Of a stretch of DNA of 40,523 nt, positions 37,126 to 40,523 are shown piece by piece. The DNA comes from an uncultured Bifidobacterium sp. (lineage in GTDB: Bacteria > Pseudomonadota > Alphaproteobacteria > Acetobacterales > Acetobacteraceae). The stretch covers positions 1 to 40,523 of the forward strand of contig CAYZKM010000001.1 in NCBI GenBank assembly GCA_964478525.1, in the 5' to 3' direction. The stretch's first letter is position 1, and each line of letters begins with the position of its first letter. Under the pieces are notes generated by a model. It saw only the letters and a list, made by a program, of their open reading frames with translations. It was not told where the DNA came from and did not search any database. The position numbers and the translations under genes are program-made.

Positions 37126-38433
37126 TCACGAGGAGGCCGGCCCCCGGCGCTGGCGGTTGCTGTAGGTTTCCGGTGCCAGGGCCGCGAAGGCGGCGCCGGC
37201 GCTGACCAGCAGGCCGGCGGCGACCACCAGGGCCGCGGTGGCACCGAACGTGTCCGAGATCAGCCCCAATCCCAGCGGACCGGCGACATAGCCGATATCG
37301 CCGGTCATGCGGAACACGCTCATGGTCGTGGCGTTCATGCCGGGCGGGGCGCTGTCGGCGGCATAGACCGATGGCGCCGCGCCGCCGATCGAGCTTGCCA
37401 CGCCCCAGGCGATCGAGGCCGCCATGAACCAGGCATAGGATGGCGCGAAGCAGAACAGCAGCATCGACAGTCCGGAAATCACGGTGGACGGTGCGATTAC
37501 CGCCTTGCGGCCGAAATGATCGGTCAGCATCCCGCCGGGATAGGCCGCCAGCAGGCCGACCACGGTGCCGATGGCCAGTGCGAGGCCGATTTCGGTCACC
37601 GACAGCCCCAGCCGGAGGCTGCCCAGCAGCGGCACCACGGCGAACAGGCCGCCGGTGCGCGCGGCCGCGTTGGCCAGCGACACCATGCAGGCCAGCACGA
37701 AGCCGATCTGGCCGGCCAGGCGCCGTATCTGCGTCAGCATGGACACCCCGGCCCCACCACCGCGCCGGCGGGCGGTGGTGTGGGCGAAATCACGCGTCTC
37801 CCCGACCGCCAGCGCGGCGACGGCGCTGGCGCCGATCCCCGCCACGGCATAGGCCATGAACGGGGCGGTCAGACCGAAATGCTCCGACAGCAGCCCGCCC
37901 GGGAACGGCCCGACGCCGGCGGCGAAGATGAATGCGCCTTGATAGATCGACACCATCCGCCCCCGCCGCTCGGGCGTGGTGATGTCGGCCAGGACGATCT
38001 GCCCGGTGGTGACGATCAGCCCCGCCCCGGCGCCGGCGACGAAGCGGGCCATGATGAACTCGGGATAGCTCGTCGCCAGTGCGCACCACAGATTGCCGGC
38101 CGAGGTGACGATCCCGCCCAGCGCCAAGGCGGGGCGGCGGCCGACCCCGTCGGCCAGCCAGGCCGCCGGCATCGCGCCGGCCAGGCGCGCCAGGCCATAG
38201 ATCGCGACTGCCATGCCGATGGCCGAGACCGACACGCCGAACGATCTGGCATACAGCGGCAGGGCAGGGACCACGCCGCCGAAGCCAAGCTGGTTGATGA
38301 CCACCAGCACGCACATCCAGAACAACGTCCAGTTGGCCGTGGCATGGCTGACGGGCTGGCCCGGGGCGGGCGGGATCACTGCGCGGCGGTTCCGGAAGCG
38401 GACATCCCGTCCAGGCGGGCCATCCCGCGCCAT
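37126..38433 (-). CDS. MFS transporter (start uncertain)
   Basis: About 12 hydrophobic segments, with motif A copies LADGVGRR and LTDHFGRK, and ERRGR. Confidence 0.88.
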   Translation of the reverse strand: MARDGPPGRDVRFRNRRAVIPPAPGQPVSHATANWTLFWMCVLVVINQLGFGGVVPALPLYARSFGVSVSAIGMAVAIYGLARLAGAMPAAWLADGVGRRPALALGGIVTSAGNLWCALATSYPEFIMARFVAGAGAGLIVTTGQIVLADITTPERRGRMVSIYQGAFIFAAGVGPFPGGLLSEHFGLTAPFMAYAVAGIGASAVAALAVGETRDFAHTTARRRGGGAGVSMLTQIRRLAGQIGFVLACMVSLANAAARTGGLFAVVPLLGSLRLGLSVTEIGLALAIGTVVGLLAAYPGGMLTDHFGRKAVIAPSTVISGLSMLLFCFAPSYAWFMAASIAWGVASSIGGAAPSVYAADSAPPGMNATTMSVFRMTGDIGYVAGPLGLGLISDTFGATAALVVAAGLLVSAGAAFAALAPETYSNRQRRGPASS

Positions 38434-38546
38434 GGCGCCATGGCGGTTGTCAGGATCGGCTGGTCTGGCGGCATCGGCGATCTCCCATCAGCCGCAGATG
38501 GACCACATCCCCCCATTCCCCACAACCGCGTCAGGCTCATGCGAGA

Positions 38547-39497
38547 TCACCGCGTGGCGGGGAAGGGACCTTCCGTGCCGATGCCGGGCAGGGCGACGGC
38601 GGTTGCCGCCGGGGTCTCGAACCGGCTCCAGACCAGTTCGTGGACAAAGTACAGCGTGGAACTGGCTACCCCGCCCACCACGGCCAACCCGCTGGCGGAG
38701 GGGAGGCTGCCGAGCCAGAGGTAGTTGACGGAGAGGTCCGTGAGGGTGCCGAAGAGGCGATAGGTGATCGTCTTGACCCCGAGATGTCCGATCCACCCGC
38801 CGGATGCTGGCGTGGCGGGCGGGCCGGCGGGCGGGGGCGCGGTTTCGTCGGGTGGCCAGTCGGGTGGCCAGTCGGGGATGGCGGTGTCGAGGCCGTTGCG
38901 GAACCCGTCCTCGATCGGGTCCCAGACCGCCTCGATCCAGCCGGCGAGAGCGCGTTTGGCGACGGCATCCAGCGGGCGAGGGCCGGTGCCGCCATGAGGA
39001 TCGAACAGGTAGCGGACCTGGATCGCCCCGCGCGTGTCGGTGACGCGATAGGCGGCCTCCACCCAGGCGGCGGGCAGGCGCCAGCCCTGGTCGACCGCGG
39101 CGCGCGCGGCCATGGTCCAGGCGGGGTCGAGCCCGCGCCCGCCGGGCGTCACATAGGCTGCCCAGGCGCAGGACCCGTCATGGTCCGAGGCATGGCGGAT
39201 GCGGGCCAGAATCAGGTCGGTGCGCCGGCAGGTCTCGGGTGTGCCCCAGCCCGGTCGCTGGTGACGCGGGCTGGCCTGCACCAGGATCGCCGCGTCGACG
39301 CGGGTGCCGTGCAGGCGCAGCAGGGCGACGCTGGCAAGGGATGGCGTGGTGGAGGTTGCCTGGCCGGCGAGACGCCATTCGCCGGGGGGCAGGGGCACCT
39401 GCTTGCCCTCGATGGCCAGGCGGTCACGCAGACTCTGGGCGGAGGCGGCGTGGGACAGCAGGCCGGCGACGACCAACCCCGGTATCCACACGCGCAT
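38547..39497 (-). CDS. Exported or membrane protein with a C-terminal DUF2061-like domain
   Basis: Signal peptide MRVWIPGLVVAGLLSHAASA-Q, a Pro-rich linker, and C-terminal KTITYRLFGTL...LYFVHELVW. Alternative start at 39575. Confidence 0.7.
   Translation of the reverse strand: MRVWIPGLVVAGLLSHAASAQSLRDRLAIEGKQVPLPPGEWRLAGQATSTTPSLASVALLRLHGTRVDAAILVQASPRHQRPGWGTPETCRRTDLILARIRHASDHDGSCAWAAYVTPGGRGLDPAWTMAARAAVDQGWRLPAAWVEAAYRVTDTRGAIQVRYLFDPHGGTGPRPLDAVAKRALAGWIEAVWDPIEDGFRNGLDTAIPDWPPDWPPDETAPPPAGPPATPASGGWIGHLGVKTITYRLFGTLTDLSVNYLWLGSLPSASGLAVVGGVASSTLYFVHELVWSRFETPAATAVALPGIGTEGPFPATR
38847..38876. repeat. In-frame 12-bp tandem repeat (2.5 copies) in the linker
   Basis: GTCGGGTGGCCA twice plus GTCGGG, encoding PDWPPDWPPD on the minus strand. 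Confidence 0.6.
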
Positions 39498-39595
39498 GCC
39501 GACCGCCTTCCTGACCTTCGGCGGCACTTTATCGTCGGACCGATCCGGGTGGCTGCGCAATTCTTTGTGCGACATTCTTTGTGCGGTGGGCGGGG

Positions 39596-40523
39596 TCAGA
39601 TGACGCCGCGCTCGCGGAAGCCGGCGATCTCCGGTGGCGCATAGCCGGCTTCGGCCAGCACGGCGTCGTTGTCGGCGCCAAGTGCGGGGGCGATGCCGAT
39701 CCTGGCCGGGGTTTCCGAAAAATGCCACGGCGAACCGTGCACTTTCAGCCGCTTGCCATGCGCGGGGTAGTCGACCTCGGTGACATAGCCGTTGGCCAGC
39801 ACGTCCGGATCGTTCGATGCCTCCAGCAGCGTGTTGATCGGCGCGGCGACGATGTCGGCGGCGCGCAGGGTTTCGACCCATTCGTCGCGCCCACCGGTGG
39901 CGAACAGCGCATCCAGCAGGCGCAGCAGGGCGGTGCGGCGTTCGTCGGAGTCCATCACCACGCCGAGATCGGCGAAACCCGACTTTGCCAGCCGGTCCAT
40001 GAAGCCCAGCGCCGTCATGGCCTTGGTCCACTGGCGGGCGCCGTTCAACTGAAAGACCAGCGGCTTGCCGTCGCGATCGTTGAAGCTCGCACTCAGCCCG
40101 GGACGCGCGGCGGTGCCGGTGATCCGCGCCTGCCCGGTGACGGGATCGCGGTTGCGCCACATCGCCGTGGTCAGCGTCCATCCCATCAGGCGGACCTGCC
40201 CGCCCAGCAGGGAGCAATCGACCTTCTGGCCGATGCCGGTCGCGCGGGCATGGGTCAGCGCGGCCAGGGCGCCGCCGAAGGCCAGGATCGCGCAGGTCTC
40301 GTCGGCGACCGAGACGATCCCGGTGCGCAGCGGCTGACCGGGAGACGAATAGGCTTCGGCGATGCCGCCCAGCGCCTGCGCCATGGAATCCGTGCCCGGC
40401 AGGCTGGCGTGCGGCCCGTTCGGCCCGTAGCCCGAGATCGACATATAGACCAGCCGCGGGTTCACCGTGCGCAGGTCCTCATACCCGAAACCGTTCTTCT
40501 CGGCCGCGCCGGGGCGGAAGTTC
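39596..40523 (-). CDS. Family III CoA-transferase (CaiB/BaiF); 5' end outside the window
   Basis: The frame is open to the window edge: NFRPGAAEKNGFGYEDLRTVNPRLVYMSISGYGPNGP...SVADETCA (catalytic Asp)...APALGADN. Confidence 0.9.
   Translation of the reverse strand, partial: NFRPGAAEKNGFGYEDLRTVNPRLVYMSISGYGPNGPHASLPGTDSMAQALGGIAEAYSSPGQPLRTGIVSVADETCAILAFGGALAALTHARATGIGQKVDCSLLGGQVRLMGWTLTTAMWRNRDPVTGQARITGTAARPGLSASFNDRDGKPLVFQLNGARQWTKAMTALGFMDRLAKSGFADLGVVMDSDERRTALLRLLDALFATGGRDEWVETLRAADIVAAPINTLLEASNDPDVLANGYVTEVDYPAHGKRLKVHGSPWHFSETPARIGIAPALGADNDAVLAEAGYAPPEIAGFRERGVI

Noticed and set aside
39576-40217. Long N-terminal extension of the DUF2061-like ORF (556-aa call)
   Set aside because: It overlaps the CoA-transferase on the same strand in another frame and is low-complexity Arg/Gly/Ala sequence. 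A signal peptide begins at 39497.
1-40523. tRNA-Sec (selC), other RNA genes, CRISPR arrays, IS elements or integrases
   Set aside because: No intergenic cloverleaf with a UCA anticodon was found by eye; the CTTCAAA matches I noticed are inside CDSs. I saw no regularly spaced repeats and no transposase or integrase motifs. A tRNAscan-SE/Infernal run would be decisive.

Overview
GC-rich bacterial DNA; the gene content and the SelB C-terminus suggest an alphaproteobacterium (inference). The window is densely coding and mostly catabolic or redox genes: five GMC oxidoreductases, three family III CoA-transferases, a crotonase, an HMG-CoA lyase-like enzyme, two SDRs, a TauD-type dioxygenase, an SsuD-like LLM monooxygenase, a two-subunit N,N-dimethylformamidase-like amidase, a peptide/nickel-type ABC importer with two paralogous Tat-exported binding proteins, a Ddn-type F420-dependent reductase and an MFS transporter. 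The main finding is a minus-strand five-gene cluster at 12128-17649. It contains selB, a thioredoxin-reductase-like flavoprotein with degenerate NADPH-binding motifs, a selenoprotein that the ORF track cuts short, and two paralogous uncharacterised 'DGLP-x-V-x-PT' proteins. The selenoprotein has an in-frame UGA in a D-U-G-S-C motif followed by a SECIS-like hairpin, and its full CDS is 14238-14756. Together these look like a self-contained selenium-dependent redox system of unknown substrate. I saw no selA, selC or selD, no other RNA genes, no mobile elements, no CRISPR array and no transcription-factor gene.
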